Shown here piece by piece: positions 42,075 through 52,438 of a stretch of 64,000 bases of DNA. The first letter of the stretch is position 1. Each line of letters starts with the position of its first letter. The stretch spans positions 27,670-91,669 of the forward strand of contig CAJLGW010000001.1 in the NCBI GenBank assembly GCA_905206345.1, given 5' to 3'. Under the pieces are notes generated by a model, which was not told the origin of the DNA, ran no database searches, and saw nothing but the letters and a program-made list of their open reading frames with translations. Position numbers and translations under genes: made by a program. The stretch is from an uncultured Sutterella sp. (GTDB taxonomy: Bacteria > Pseudomonadota > Gammaproteobacteria > Burkholderiales > Burkholderiaceae_F).

Positions 42075-43055
42075 TTATTGTTTTGAGTCAACCGGATCAA
42101 AGGTTAACTGAATTGTTTTGGGCGGTTTCCCGTTATCGGGAACGGGGAACGGGTCGCACATGCGAATGGCAGACTCAACGGCTCGATCATAAGCCGGCAA
42201 TCCACTGGCTTTTAATAATTTCGGCGCTGCCGCTTGCTGTCCGTTTTCTAAAAGCGTCACTTCATAGACGGTTTCATATTGACCACTCTTCATATCGGGC
42301 GTGACCGAGAAGATGAGATTGCGACGCACGCAGGCGACAATACGAGAATTGTAAACGGCCGATTGAGCTCCGCCCATGGAGGCAGAAACGCCCGCAGCAT
42401 TGTTTTGCGACGTTTGTTGTAAACGTTGCATTTCTTGCTGTTGCATTTGCTGAGCTAAGCGCTTGGCTTGCTCTCTTCGGCGTTGCTCTTGGCGCTTTTT
42501 CTCTTCAGCTTTACGCTTTTCTTCTTCGAGGCGCTTTTTCTCTTCGAGCTTCTTTTGCTCCTCAAGTTTCTTTTGCTCTTCAAGCTTTCTCTGTTCCTCG
42601 AGTCGCTTTTCTTCCTCTAAGCGTTTTTGTTCTTCGAGTTTTTTCTTTTCTTCGTCTTGTTGACGAATCACATCTTCAGAGGGTTCTGATGGTGCTTGCT
42701 CTTGAGGTTTGGGCGGCTCCGGAGCAGGAGCGGGTTCTGGTTCCGGTTCTGGTTCCGGTTCCGGCTCGGGCTCGGGCTTTGGTTGTTCAACTTCTTGTTG
42801 TTTTTCCACCTTGACAGGTTCTACCGGTGTTGAGGCAATTTGAGCCGGGGCCCACAATTCGGCATAAACCACTTCATCGCTGACGCGATTCCATTGAAAG
42901 ACAACGAACAAACCAACAAACAATAAGGCGTGAACTGAAACGGCCAGCACAAAAGAAACTCCCCATTGCTCATTGCTTTGAGAGTTCTTTCTATGTGGCT
43001 TCATGCTTTGAGATTCTTTTTTTTCATGAGCCAAAGGTTTTTGGTTGTCACTCAC
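42075..43055 (-). CDS. tolA: TolA
   Basis: TM segment with S-x-H motif, PE repeats, K/E/Q coiled coil, TonB-C-like end (YDRAVESAI); follows tolR. Confidence 0.88.
   Translation of the reverse strand: MSDNQKPLAHEKKESQSMKPHRKNSQSNEQWGVSFVLAVSVHALLFVGLFVVFQWNRVSDEVVYAELWAPAQIASTPVEPVKVEKQQEVEQPKPEPEPEPEPEPEPEPAPAPEPPKPQEQAPSEPSEDVIRQQDEEKKKLEEQKRLEEEKRLEEQRKLEEQKKLEEQKKLEEKKRLEEEKRKAEEKKRQEQRRREQAKRLAQQMQQQEMQRLQQTSQNNAAGVSASMGGAQSAVYNSRIVACVRRNLIFSVTPDMKSGQYETVYEVTLLENGQQAAAPKLLKASGLPAYDRAVESAIRMCDPFPVPDNGKPPKTIQLTFDPVDSKQ
42490..42780 (-). repeat. Coding tandem repeats in tolA
   Basis: 18-bp period KKLEEQ-type repeats and 6-bp PE repeats. Confidence 0.8.
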
Positions 43056-43058
43056 GAT

Positions 43059-43481
43059 TTATCTCTCGACTTTTAATGACAAACCGACACGACTGATGTC
43101 GGCTGCTTGCAGTTGCTTCATGACATTGACGACTTGTTCGTATTGAACAACTTTATCGGCGGCAATGACAACGGGAACCTCTTTGTTACCAGCTTGAGCC
43201 GTTTTAACCGCAGAGATGAGTCCCGGCATATCCACGGCAAGGAGATCCTTGCCCTTTCGTACACTCATGGCACCGGTCGGATGAACAACAACTTCAATAA
43301 TTGTATCGGGTGCTTTTTCAGCTTTTTTAACGCTCGGTAAATTTACCAGCGAAGGATTAACAAAGGGGGCAGAGACCATCAAGATCACCACCAGCACCAA
43401 CATCACGTCAATGTAGGGCACGACGTTAATTTCGGCCAACATTCGACGGGAAGACTTACGAGCAGAACGAAGTCCTTCCAT
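43059..43481 (-). CDS. tolR: TolR
   Basis: EINVVPYIDVMLVL. Confidence 0.93.
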   Translation of the reverse strand: MEGLRSARKSSRRMLAEINVVPYIDVMLVLVVILMVSAPFVNPSLVNLPSVKKAEKAPDTIIEVVVHPTGAMSVRKGKDLLAVDMPGLISAVKTAQAGNKEVPVVIAADKVVQYEQVVNVMKQLQAADISRVGLSLKVER

Positions 43482-43484
43482 GAT

Positions 43485-44153
43485 TTAGCCTCTTTGGCGT
43501 TGAAGAATGTTTTGGAACTCTTCGGCAAAACTTTCGTAGCGGTTTGCCAAGCGTTCAACGTCGCTGGCAAATCGGTTATAGGCAGCCACAGCAGGAATAG
43601 CAGCAAACAAACCGATGGCCGTTGCGACCAAGGCTTCAGCAATACCGGGGGCTACAGTTGACAATGATGCATTATCAAGTGCAGATAAACCCGTAAAGGC
43701 ATTCATGATCCCCCAAACCGTACCGAATAAGCCAACGTACGGGGAAACAGAGCCAATGGAGGCCAACGTCGTCAAGCCACTTTCCAAACTATCCATTTCA
43801 CGTTGATAGGTGGCTCGCATAGCACGGCGAACACCACCTAAAGCTTCAGCAGAGTCGTGTTGGGAGAGCTTCAAGTATTCCGTCATACCAGAGGCAAAAA
43901 TGCGTTCTTGTGTGCCGGAACGTTCACGTTGATTTTGAGCGTGTTCGTAGAGCTTCGTTAACTCGGAACCGCTCCAGAAACGACTTTCAAATTCTTCGCT
44001 CAATCGACTGGCTTTGCGCAATTGAATGAATTTTTGAAAAATACGAGTCCAGCTAATCAAAGACAAAATAATCAAAATGGCCAAAACGGCTTGCACCACG
44101 ACACTGGCGTGGGTGAGCAAAGACAAGATGGACATATCTGCGCTAGCGTTCAT
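43485..44153 (-). CDS. tolQ: TolQ
   Basis: SPYVGLFGTVWGIM, APGIAEALVATA. Confidence 0.95.
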   Translation of the reverse strand: MNASADMSILSLLTHASVVVQAVLAILIILSLISWTRIFQKFIQLRKASRLSEEFESRFWSGSELTKLYEHAQNQRERSGTQERIFASGMTEYLKLSQHDSAEALGGVRRAMRATYQREMDSLESGLTTLASIGSVSPYVGLFGTVWGIMNAFTGLSALDNASLSTVAPGIAEALVATAIGLFAAIPAVAAYNRFASDVERLANRYESFAEEFQNILQRQRG

Positions 44154-44237
44154 TTTTTAATCCTTTACAGGGAGCTAATCGGCAATATCAAAAGTAGAAA
44201 ATTCCCTATCTTACCGATTTTTCTCTTTTTTTTCGTG

Positions 44238-44660
44238 TTAATCCGTTTCTTGTGTAAGAGCGGCGTTAATTTGTTTAAACATTTCGTCAGGAATGGGGAT
44301 GGGCATTCCCGTTTTCGGAGAAATACAGGCAACATCCACTTCACCGTGTGCCAATAGCGTTTCATCTCTAAGGGCTTTTTGTTCAATGGTGAAGCTTGCG
44401 CGACGAATGCGTTTAATTTTTGCGGTAACAACAATCGTGTCATCGAGCCGAGCAGGGCGTTTATAGCGGATGGATAAGCCCGAGACCACAAATGCACAGA
44501 CCCCATCTTCCGTTAACTGTTGCTGATTCCAACCTAGGGCCCTCAAAAATTCTGTACGGGTACGTTCGAAAAACTTCAGGTAATTCGAGTGGTAGACAAT
44601 ACCGCCAGCATCCGTATCCTCGTAATAAATTCGAATGGGCCAAGTAAATTCGTTTTGCAT
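44238..44660 (-). CDS. ybgC: Tol-Pal-associated acyl-CoA thioesterase
   Basis: YYEDTDAGGIVYHSNYL. Confidence 0.93.
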   Translation of the reverse strand: MQNEFTWPIRIYYEDTDAGGIVYHSNYLKFFERTRTEFLRALGWNQQQLTEDGVCAFVVSGLSIRYKRPARLDDTIVVTAKIKRIRRASFTIEQKALRDETLLAHGEVDVACISPKTGMPIPIPDEMFKQINAALTQETD

Positions 44661-44666
44661 AATAAT

Positions 44667-45701
44667 TTAAAAAAGTGAACCCGTGTCCTTCAAGCCACGA
44701 GGGTCATAGCCGAAGTGTTCATAGGCCGACAACGTTGCCATACGGCCGCGAGGCGTTCTTTGAAGATGACCTTGTTGGATCAAATAGGGTTCAACCACAT
44801 CTTCGAGTGTTTCGCGATCTTCACCAACAGCCGCAGCTAAGTTATCAATACCCACGGGGCCGCCATTGAATTTTTCAATAATTGCTAATAAAAATTTTCG
44901 GTCAATTAAGTCAAAACCCAACGGATCGACATCCAACATTTCAAGGGCTTTATCAGCTACATCACGAGTAATCACGCCATTGTATTTCACTTGTGCGTAG
45001 TCACGAACGCGTCTTAAAAGACGGTTGGCGATACGAGGTGTGCCACGGCTGCGACGGGCAATTTCAAAAGCGCCTTGTTCATCCATCGAGACGTTGAGCA
45101 ATCGTGCGCTTCGTTTGACGATTTTTGCCAAATCTTCGTTTGAATAAAACTGTAATTGCGAGACGATCCCGAAACGGGCTCGTAACGGATTGGTCAGCAT
45201 CCCTGCTCGAGTCGTAGCACCAATTAATGTAAAGGGTTTTAAATCAAGTTTAATCGAGCGGGCTGCGGGACCTTCTCCGATCATAATGTCGATTTGGAAG
45301 TCTTCGAGAGCCGGGTACAAAATTTCTTCAACAACGGGAGATAAACGATGAATTTCATCAATGAATAACACGTCGTTTTCTTGCAAATTCGTCAAAATGG
45401 CAGCTAAATCACCGGGGCGCTCTAAAACGGGGCCGGAGGTTTGACGCAAATTGACGCCCATTTCGTTGGCCACAATATGAGCAAGTGTCGTCTTGCCTAA
45501 CCCGGGAGGGCCAAACACCAATAAATGATCAAGGGCTTCGCCACGGGCTTTGGCGGCTTCAATGAAAACGGATAATTGTTCACAGGCCTTGGGCTGACCG
45601 ACATAATCAGCCAGACGCGTGGGGCGCAAGGCACGATCAATGTTTTCTTCGTTGGCTGAGAAGGATTCTGCAGCCACGATGCGTTCAATATTGTCGCTCA
45701 C
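44667..45701 (-). CDS. ruvB: Holliday junction helicase RuvB
   Basis: [22 protein letters not shown]. Confidence 0.98.
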   Translation of the reverse strand: MSDNIERIVAAESFSANEENIDRALRPTRLADYVGQPKACEQLSVFIEAAKARGEALDHLLVFGPPGLGKTTLAHIVANEMGVNLRQTSGPVLERPGDLAAILTNLQENDVLFIDEIHRLSPVVEEILYPALEDFQIDIMIGEGPAARSIKLDLKPFTLIGATTRAGMLTNPLRARFGIVSQLQFYSNEDLAKIVKRSARLLNVSMDEQGAFEIARRSRGTPRIANRLLRRVRDYAQVKYNGVITRDVADKALEMLDVDPLGFDLIDRKFLLAIIEKFNGGPVGIDNLAAAVGEDRETLEDVVEPYLIQQGHLQRTPRGRMATLSAYEHFGYDPRGLKDTGSLF

Positions 45702-45703
45702 TT

Positions 45704-46279
45704 TTACTTCACCATTTGTTGAAGGGCCATACGAATGCCGTCAGAGACAGAAACGTCCACAGGAAGTTTCTTAACAACGGCACGAGCCTCACGATCGCTG
45801 TAGCCAAGACCGATCAATGCGTTGATAATGTCGGTCGACGTGGAACTGACAGTGACGGCACTGCTACCAGCTAAGGCACCCGTGAGTTTGTCTTTAAGTT
45901 CTAATAACAAACGCTCAGCTGTCTTTTTCCCGATACCGGGCACTTTGGTCAAAATGCCGGCTTCTTGAAGCGCAACGGCGTTAACCAAATCCGCCACGGA
46001 CATGCCCGATAAAATCGAAAGTGCGGTACGAGCGCCGATCCCGGAAACTTTCAACAAAAGTCGGAACGTATCACGCTCTTCTGCTGTCAAAAAACCATAG
46101 AGTAATTGAGCATCTTCACGCACAACAAAATGCGTCAAAAGCGTCACCTCATGACCGACGGCAGGAAGGTTATAAAATGTTGACATTGGGACATCGATCT
46201 CGTAGCCCACGCCGTGGACATCCACCATAATGTGCGGTGGGTTGCTTTCAATTAATTTGCCTTGAATACGTCCGATCAT
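45704..46279 (-). CDS. ruvA: Holliday junction binding protein RuvA
   Basis: [27 protein letters not shown]. Confidence 0.97.
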   Translation of the reverse strand: MIGRIQGKLIESNPPHIMVDVHGVGYEIDVPMSTFYNLPAVGHEVTLLTHFVVREDAQLLYGFLTAEERDTFRLLLKVSGIGARTALSILSGMSVADLVNAVALQEAGILTKVPGIGKKTAERLLLELKDKLTGALAGSSAVTVSSTSTDIINALIGLGYSDREARAVVKKLPVDVSVSDGIRMALQQMVK

Positions 46280-46860
46280 TTAATTTTGTTCCTTATTGCC
46301 ACTTCCCAAGCATCACGATTTTTACTCGTTTTACGACGTCTGGCGTGACCGGCGGAAGTTTTTGGAGCATCCATGCTTTGAATCATTCTGAATGATTGGG
46401 CGGCACAAACAGCACAAGCAAGAGCGTCAGCTGCGTCAGCTTGGATATTTTCAGGAAGCCCCAACATGTGCGACATCATACTTTGCACTTGCGCTTTATT
46501 GGCTCGGCCCGTGCCCACTGCCGCTTGCTTAATTTCCGTTGGAGTGAACTCATAAACGGAGAGTTTGGCAGAAGCTAATGCCGTAATCGCAGCTCCTCGA
46601 GCTTGCCCCAGCAAAAGCGTGGAGTGAGGGTTGATATTGACGAAAACTTTTTCGCAAGCCGCAAAAGTGGGTTGGTTATCTGTGGCGATTTTTAAAACGT
46701 TTTCGTAAATGCAATGAAGACGCTCAAACAGTTCGCCTTTAGGTACATGAACAACACCGGCGGTGACAAATCGAATATCACTACCATAAACGTCAATGAC
46801 CCCAAAGCCCGTGTGATTGAGTCCGGGGTCAATGCCTAAAATTCGAACGAAGTCGCTCAC
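46276..46860 (-). CDS. ruvC: Holliday junction resolvase RuvC
   Basis: [20 protein letters not shown]. Confidence 0.96.
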   Translation of the reverse strand: MSDFVRILGIDPGLNHTGFGVIDVYGSDIRFVTAGVVHVPKGELFERLHCIYENVLKIATDNQPTFAACEKVFVNINPHSTLLLGQARGAAITALASAKLSVYEFTPTEIKQAAVGTGRANKAQVQSMMSHMLGLPENIQADAADALACAVCAAQSFRMIQSMDAPKTSAGHARRRKTSKNRDAWEVAIRNKIK

Positions 46861-46868
46861 AATAATCC

Positions 46869-48278
46869 TTAACGGCCAAAGCCGCCGAAGCCACCCATAC
46901 CGCCAAAGCCACCGCCGCCCATGCGACCGAGACCGCCCAAGGCACGCATCATCTTGCTAAGACCGCCCTTTTTCATGGCTTTCATCATGGATTGGGTTTG
47001 TTCAAATTGTTTGAGGATCTTGTTGACTTCTTGCACGGGGACACCTGCACCCGCGGCGATACGACGCTTACGAGAAGCTTTAATGATGTCGGGGTGAGAA
47101 CGCTCGAAAGGCGTCATGGAGTTGATAACACCTTCGGTACGAGCCAATGCTTTATGGGCATCTTCGTCATTGAGCTTGCTGGCCGCATCGGCAAATTGAG
47201 CCGGAAGCTTTTCAAGCATGCTGGAGAAACTGCCCATATTGCGCATTTGGGACAATTGATCCTTAAAGTCATTGAGGTCAAATTTGTCGCCGGACTTAAT
47301 CTTGGCGGCCAATTTTTGCGTTTGTTCGACGTCAATGGCTTTTTGAACATCCTTCACCAAGGCAACAATGTCACCCATGCCGAGAATGCGGCTGGCCATC
47401 CCATCGGCATTAAAGGGCTCTAAACCATCAATTTTTTCTGAGACACCCACAAACTTAATCGGTTTGCCAATCGTGTAGGCCACAGAAAGTGCAGCACCGC
47501 CACGGGAGTCACCGTCAAGCTTCGTGAGCACCACGCCGGTAAGAGCGAGTCGTTCATGGAAGGCTTTGGCAGCTTCAAGTGCCGTTTGACCGAGCATGGC
47601 ATCGGCCACAAACAACGTTTCAGACGGTTTGATGCTTTGATGAATTTCTGCCACTTCATTCATCATGGCTTCATCAATGGACAAGCGACCGGCCGTGTCA
47701 ACGATCAACACATCGTAGAAATAACGTTTAGCGTGTTGTAAAGCATCTTGAGCAATGGCCAAAGGCTTGGCATTCGGATTCATTTCAAAGTAATCCGCAT
47801 GCGCTTGTTCAGTGATAACCTTTAATTGTTCTGCAGCTGCCGGTCGGTAGACGTCAGTCGAAACCGTTAAAACTTTCTTCTTTAATTCATTAACCAAGTA
47901 ATTGGCAAGCTTACCGGCTGAGGTCGTTTTACCGGCACCTTGTAAACCGGATAACAAAATTACAGCCGGGGGTTGTGTGGCTAAGTTAAGCGACTTTTCT
48001 TCTTCAGAGAGACTGCCACCGATAATGTCCGTAAGTTCTTTTTGAACGATACCGACCAAGGCTTGACCGGGGTTGAGGTTACCGATGACTTCCTCGTTCA
48101 TGGCCTTGGCTTTGATGCGAGCAATGAGTTCACGCACCACGGGCAAAGCAACGTCAGCTTCAAGAAGTGCAATGCGCACTTCTCGCAACATTTCTTTGGT
48201 ATTTTCTTCGGTCAAACGAGCCTGACCGCGCATGGTTTTAATGACACGGGAGAGGCGTTGGCTAAGGTCGTTGAGCAT
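46869..48278 (-). CDS. ffh: Signal recognition particle protein
   Basis: GLQGAGKTT, DTAGR, TKLDGD, SRKRRIAAG. Confidence 0.98.
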   Translation of the reverse strand: MLNDLSQRLSRVIKTMRGQARLTEENTKEMLREVRIALLEADVALPVVRELIARIKAKAMNEEVIGNLNPGQALVGIVQKELTDIIGGSLSEEEKSLNLATQPPAVILLSGLQGAGKTTSAGKLANYLVNELKKKVLTVSTDVYRPAAAEQLKVITEQAHADYFEMNPNAKPLAIAQDALQHAKRYFYDVLIVDTAGRLSIDEAMMNEVAEIHQSIKPSETLFVADAMLGQTALEAAKAFHERLALTGVVLTKLDGDSRGGAALSVAYTIGKPIKFVGVSEKIDGLEPFNADGMASRILGMGDIVALVKDVQKAIDVEQTQKLAAKIKSGDKFDLNDFKDQLSQMRNMGSFSSMLEKLPAQFADAASKLNDEDAHKALARTEGVINSMTPFERSHPDIIKASRKRRIAAGAGVPVQEVNKILKQFEQTQSMMKAMKKGGLSKMMRALGGLGRMGGGGFGGMGGFGGFGR

Positions 48279-48393
48279 AAGTGTTCTAAATTGAAAAAGT
48301 GTTCAAAAGATTCAAACATATGCAAAAAGCTTGCCTTACAATGGGCTGATCAATATCGTCAACCTTTTTTCTTAGATTGGGCGAGTTTTGCAA

Positions 48394-49113
48394 ATGGATT
48401 CAAACTTACTATTTTACGGTTTTACAACGATTTTTTATCTGTTTTGTGCTGTAAAAATTCTCTTCAATGTAAAAAAGAAGAGTGTTGAGACACCCTTTTG
48501 GGTTTTGGGTGTAACCGCTTTGGGGGTGATTGCGCATTTTTGGGTTCTACAATCCGGGATTTTTGTGGCCTCACACACCTTGGCATTGGCAATGGGATCA
48601 ATCATTTCTGCCATCTGTTTTATCAGTGTTTTAGTTTTGGTGTTTGGCTCTATCTATGGTCAGGGAAGCTCTCTGTTGGCGCTTGTCTTGATAGTCGCAG
48701 CTTTCGGTGTTTGGGCTCCTATGGTTTTACCCTCAACTGTCGCTCCGATGATAAACCCCACGCCAGCCACGAAAATTCATTTGGCTTTGGGCGTAGTGGC
48801 CTACAGTTTTTCTTTTATGTCAGCTGTGGAAATGATAAAAACACGTTCGGCAAGCGATCTATTCCAACGCTTTCTAAATGCTGCATTTATCTTTTTGACT
48901 CTGACGCTCATTACCGGCGTTATGTCGATCAACGGCTATTTTGATATGCTCATTGCAGGAGATAAAAAGAGTCTTATGACATTTGTGGCTTGGGTCACTT
49001 TCGGTCTTTTGGTATTGGCTCGAAAGTTTTTGTCCTGGGAGCGTGCAAGCACAGCACTTTTATTTTGGGGTGGCGTTTGTGCACAAGTCGTCACCATCTT
49101 TTCTTTCGTCTAG
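48394..49113 (+). CDS. YpjD/CcsA-like inner membrane protein (divergent)
   Basis: About 8 TM segments; divergent from ffh, where ypjD usually sits; TLTLITG motif. Confidence 0.65.
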   Translation: MDSNLLFYGFTTIFYLFCAVKILFNVKKKSVETPFWVLGVTALGVIAHFWVLQSGIFVASHTLALAMGSIISAICFISVLVLVFGSIYGQGSSLLALVLIVAAFGVWAPMVLPSTVAPMINPTPATKIHLALGVVAYSFSFMSAVEMIKTRSASDLFQRFLNAAFIFLTLTLITGVMSINGYFDMLIAGDKKSLMTFVAWVTFGLLVLARKFLSWERASTALLFWGGVCAQVVTIFSFV

Positions 49114-49125
49114 AGTGAAGAGCGC

Positions 49126-49368
49126 ATGTTTGGAAAAATTTTATTTTTCATCCTGTTGATTGTCGTTGTGTTTGCTCTTTGGAGTAAGCGTAAACGCGAG
49201 ATCATTGATCGCAAAAAGGTAACCGAGCGTCAATCAAAGAAAATGATTCAATGCCCCATTTGCGGAGTGCATTTTGCTGAGGTTGATGGGGAGTGGAACA
49301 ACGGTGTGAGTTACTGCTCTAAGGCATGCTTGGAGAAAGCAAAGAAAAATGCGGGCACTTCAAATTAA
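49126..49368 (+). CDS. PP0621-like small membrane zinc-binding protein
   Basis: TM segment followed by MIQCPICGVH...YCSKAC; usual position between ypjD and ampD. Confidence 0.75.
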   Translation: MFGKILFFILLIVVVFALWSKRKREIIDRKKVTERQSKKMIQCPICGVHFAEVDGEWNNGVSYCSKACLEKAKKNAGTSN

Positions 49369-49945
49369 TTCCCAAGGTCGCCTTTTAGGGGTTAATGTGC
49401 ATTGGCACAAGAGTCCTCATTTTGATGAAAGAATGGGAGAGCTTCCCCTTTCACTCGTTGTCATTCATAACATTTCTTTGCCGGCAGGTGAGTTCGGTAC
49501 GGGGTATGTACAGGCGCTTTTTGATGCAACGATTGATACGTCCGCTCACCCTACGTTCGAATCCCTCAAGGGACTGGAAGTTTCCTCTCACTTTTTCATT
49601 GATCGTAAGGGTGAGATTTGGCAATTTGTGGAGACGGAAAAGCGTGCTTGGCACGCAGGAAAGTCCAATTTCATGGGGCATGAGCGTTGTAATGATTTTT
49701 CTATCGGTATTGAGATGGAAGGAAGCGACTTTGTACCTTTTGAGCCCATTCAGTACGATGCCTTGCAGTCGCTTTTGGTGGCCATTATTCATCGATATCC
49801 GACAGTGCGTTTTATTACAGGTCATAGCGACATTGCACCGGGGCGAAAAACCGATCCCGGGCCCTATTTTTCCATGCGTAAAACCCTGGATGACGCATTC
49901 CTAAACGGTCAGCTACAATACTGGCATTACAACGAAACTGAGTAG
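49349..49945 (+). CDS. ampD: 1,6-anhydro-MurNAc-L-Ala amidase
   Basis: IHNISLP, RAWHAG, CNDFSIGIE, GHSDIAPGRKTDPG. Confidence 0.96.
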   Translation: MRALQINSQGRLLGVNVHWHKSPHFDERMGELPLSLVVIHNISLPAGEFGTGYVQALFDATIDTSAHPTFESLKGLEVSSHFFIDRKGEIWQFVETEKRAWHAGKSNFMGHERCNDFSIGIEMEGSDFVPFEPIQYDALQSLLVAIIHRYPTVRFITGHSDIAPGRKTDPGPYFSMRKTLDDAFLNGQLQYWHYNETE

Positions 49946-49953
49946 AAATTATC

Positions 49954-50511
49954 GTGATTCAATTTATCGCTTTTCTTTTTAACATCATCACGACCTTCAT
50001 CGGTTGTTTGATGCTTCTTCGTGTCTACGTTTTTTATCAACGTTTGTCGATTTTTGATCCGATTGCTCGCTTGGCTTGGGCGGGGACGAATTGGTTGGTT
50101 GTTCCGCTTTCTCAAGTTTTTCATTCTACGCGTCGCTGGGAATGGGCCGCTGTTGTTGGAGCGGTTTTGATGGCGTTGGCGGTTTCTGCTATTACTCGTC
50201 AAGTCACCGGTTTACCCGTCGTATGGTTCTATGTTCCGATTTGTGCCATTTTTGTGCTTTTACGTTGGATGCTCGAGCTGGTATTGTGGGGGACGATCAT
50301 TTTTGTTGTTCTCTCTTGGCTTCAACCGTCGTCCCCGGCTTACGGTATGGTGTGGCGTTTGATGAACCCGATTCTCTCGCCTTTATCGAACCGCTTGCCC
50401 AAAATCGGCAGCATCGACTTCTCGCCGCTGATTGTTTTCCTTTTGGTCAACGCTTTGCTTTATTGGGTAACTCCCATTTCCCAAGGGTACTTCGTGAGCG
50501 CCTGGTTCTAA
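49954..50511 (+). CDS. yggT: YggT family membrane protein
   Basis: Duplicated YGGT repeat; IDFSPLI. Confidence 0.85.
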   Translation: MIQFIAFLFNIITTFIGCLMLLRVYVFYQRLSIFDPIARLAWAGTNWLVVPLSQVFHSTRRWEWAAVVGAVLMALAVSAITRQVTGLPVVWFYVPICAIFVLLRWMLELVLWGTIIFVVLSWLQPSSPAYGMVWRLMNPILSPLSNRLPKIGSIDFSPLIVFLLVNALLYWVTPISQGYFVSAWF

Positions 50512-50515
50512 GCGG

Positions 50516-51457
50516 TTAAAGTTCAATTGTTTCGTGGTAGGCGCACTCATAGAGGTGCGCCACTTCGTTTTTATCCATACGATAACCTTGAGGTGCTTCC
50601 ACTTGAGCTTTGATGGCCCCCATGAGTTGAGCTAAACGAATGGTTTTCTCCCAAGGCCAATTCAGACTTAACCCTCTTAATAAACCGCCTCGGAAGGCAT
50701 CGCCACAGCCCACGGGATTGACAAGACTTTCCACGGGAAGCGCTTCAAAGTGTTCAACAGCTCCCTTTTGAATCAAATCACATCCCTTTTGAGCGCGAGT
50801 AATCACAATCGCTTCAAATTTGGTCAATAAAGTCTCTTTACTCAAGGAAGACTTCTGTTGAATTAATTCCCATTCGGCTTCCGACAATGTCAAGTAGTCA
50901 GTGTGCTCAAGCATCCAGTCAATATCTTCGCTTGAGAGGTAGCCTGCCGAAGGACCAACATCCCATATAACCGGCACATGACGAGCTTTTAAAAAACTCG
51001 TGTGAGCTTTCATGACGTGCGAAGCGGTTGAAGTAATAATGCCGTGGGTAAGCGGTTCTTCAGGAGAGACATAGGCCTTATCAGCCAATCTCATCGCGCC
51101 TTCATGAAAGGTCGCTAACTGATTGCCGTTTTTATCGGTTGTGATGAAGGCTTGCGGAGAGTACTCATTTTCAACCGTCATGATGCCATCAACGCGAATG
51201 CCGTTTTCACGCAAATGCTGATAGTACGATTGGCAATCAATCAACCCCATCGTGCATGAGATAAAGGGTTCGCCCCCACAGGTTTTAAGACTGTAGGCAA
51301 CGTTGGCTGCACAACCGCCGAAGTGTCGCTTCATTCTAGGGGCTTGAAAGGTGAGGTTAAAACCTCGAAGTTCAAGCGTGGAGGCATGTTCGGCAAAAGT
51401 GCCATCAAACTCTAAAATGGTATCGTAGGCGGCGGAACCGGAAATGAAAATACTCAT
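50516..51457 (-). CDS. PfkB family carbohydrate/adenosine kinase
   Basis: GGCAANVAY, NPVGCGDAFRGG. Confidence 0.9.
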   Translation of the reverse strand: MSIFISGSAAYDTILEFDGTFAEHASTLELRGFNLTFQAPRMKRHFGGCAANVAYSLKTCGGEPFISCTMGLIDCQSYYQHLRENGIRVDGIMTVENEYSPQAFITTDKNGNQLATFHEGAMRLADKAYVSPEEPLTHGIITSTASHVMKAHTSFLKARHVPVIWDVGPSAGYLSSEDIDWMLEHTDYLTLSEAEWELIQQKSSLSKETLLTKFEAIVITRAQKGCDLIQKGAVEHFEALPVESLVNPVGCGDAFRGGLLRGLSLNWPWEKTIRLAQLMGAIKAQVEAPQGYRMDKNEVAHLYECAYHETIEL

Positions 51458-51509
51458 GGTGATGAGCCCTAGAAAAATCCCCGTTAGGAGGGCTAACGGG
51501 GAGTAGTGT

Positions 51510-52433
51510 TTACTTGCCTAACTCAATGGACAATTCGTTGGGAACCCCTTCAGAAATTTTGAAGGTAAAGGCCACCTGACGAGTTTCGTTTGGTTTGAGC
51601 TTTTGCGTTGCATCGTTGAGGTAGTCAGAGGGCTTAAGAATGCGACGCGTTAAAATGTCGCCCTTTTCACCCTTAAGAACAACCGTCATCTCAGGAAATG
51701 CCTCTTCCACCGTTTTTTCGTTGTGAAGGTTCGCAACGATCACATATTCGTCACCGCCGACACGTTGAAGGCTTTGAGAGGCTAAAACAATGTTCTTCGG
51801 TTCTTCAGCAGGCGTTGCTGACGTATTGGTAATCGGTTGGCAAACAAAATATTGGCAAAGCGTATTAAACATCGCTTCCGATTGAGGCAATTTTTCGATG
51901 ATTGCACCTCTGAAAGAAAGCGACAGTTGTAAGGCAATCAAAAGAGCGGCAATGAGCGCAATGACGATCCAAAGACCACGCTTAGACGTTGACTTTTTGG
52001 TGGGGAGTTCTTCCTCATCCTCCTCTTCATCGTCTTCAACAGCAACGTTGACACGTTGCGGTTCGTGTTGAATGATCTCGATCGAGTTATTAGAGCCGTT
52101 GATAACGTCTTGGCGCACGGGACCTAAACGCGGTTCCGTACGAATGCCGACAAGGCCGGAATTATCCTCTTCATCAACGGCATCAAACCCTTGCAATTGG
52201 GCTGAAAGGGCAGCCATGCTGGCAACACCCTTTCGTTCCATTTCAGCTTCTCGCTCTGCTCGAATAACGGCCGTTTCAGTCGGAACGTCTTTAGAGCGAT
52301 AGAGATGCTCTTTCGCATTAAAAACATTCTGGCAAAAACCGCAACGAACTAAACCGTCTTTGGCACTTAATTGGGTGTCATTGAGGCGATAAGCTTGTTG
52401 ACAGCTCGGGCAGCGAGTGATGTAAACCGCCAT
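51510..52433 (-). CDS. Zinc-ribbon and DUF3426-like membrane protein
   Basis: N-terminal CPSC...CGFC, acidic linker, TM segment, periplasmic domain; follows prmA. Confidence 0.8.
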   Translation of the reverse strand: MAVYITRCPSCQQAYRLNDTQLSAKDGLVRCGFCQNVFNAKEHLYRSKDVPTETAVIRAEREAEMERKGVASMAALSAQLQGFDAVDEEDNSGLVGIRTEPRLGPVRQDVINGSNNSIEIIQHEPQRVNVAVEDDEEEDEEELPTKKSTSKRGLWIVIALIAALLIALQLSLSFRGAIIEKLPQSEAMFNTLCQYFVCQPITNTSATPAEEPKNIVLASQSLQRVGGDEYVIVANLHNEKTVEEAFPEMTVVLKGEKGDILTRRILKPSDYLNDATQKLKPNETRQVAFTFKISEGVPNELSIELGK

Positions 52434-52438
52434 GATGA

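Noticed and set aside
42490..42780. Tandem repeats suggestive of CRISPR or VNTR
   Set aside because: In-frame coding repeats of the TolA linker and helix; no unique spacers.
44165..44506. 113-aa minus-strand ORF
   Set aside because: Alternate frame overlapping the well-supported ybgC gene.
49395..49904. 169-aa alternate-frame ORF
   Set aside because: Lies entirely within ampD; no independent signals.
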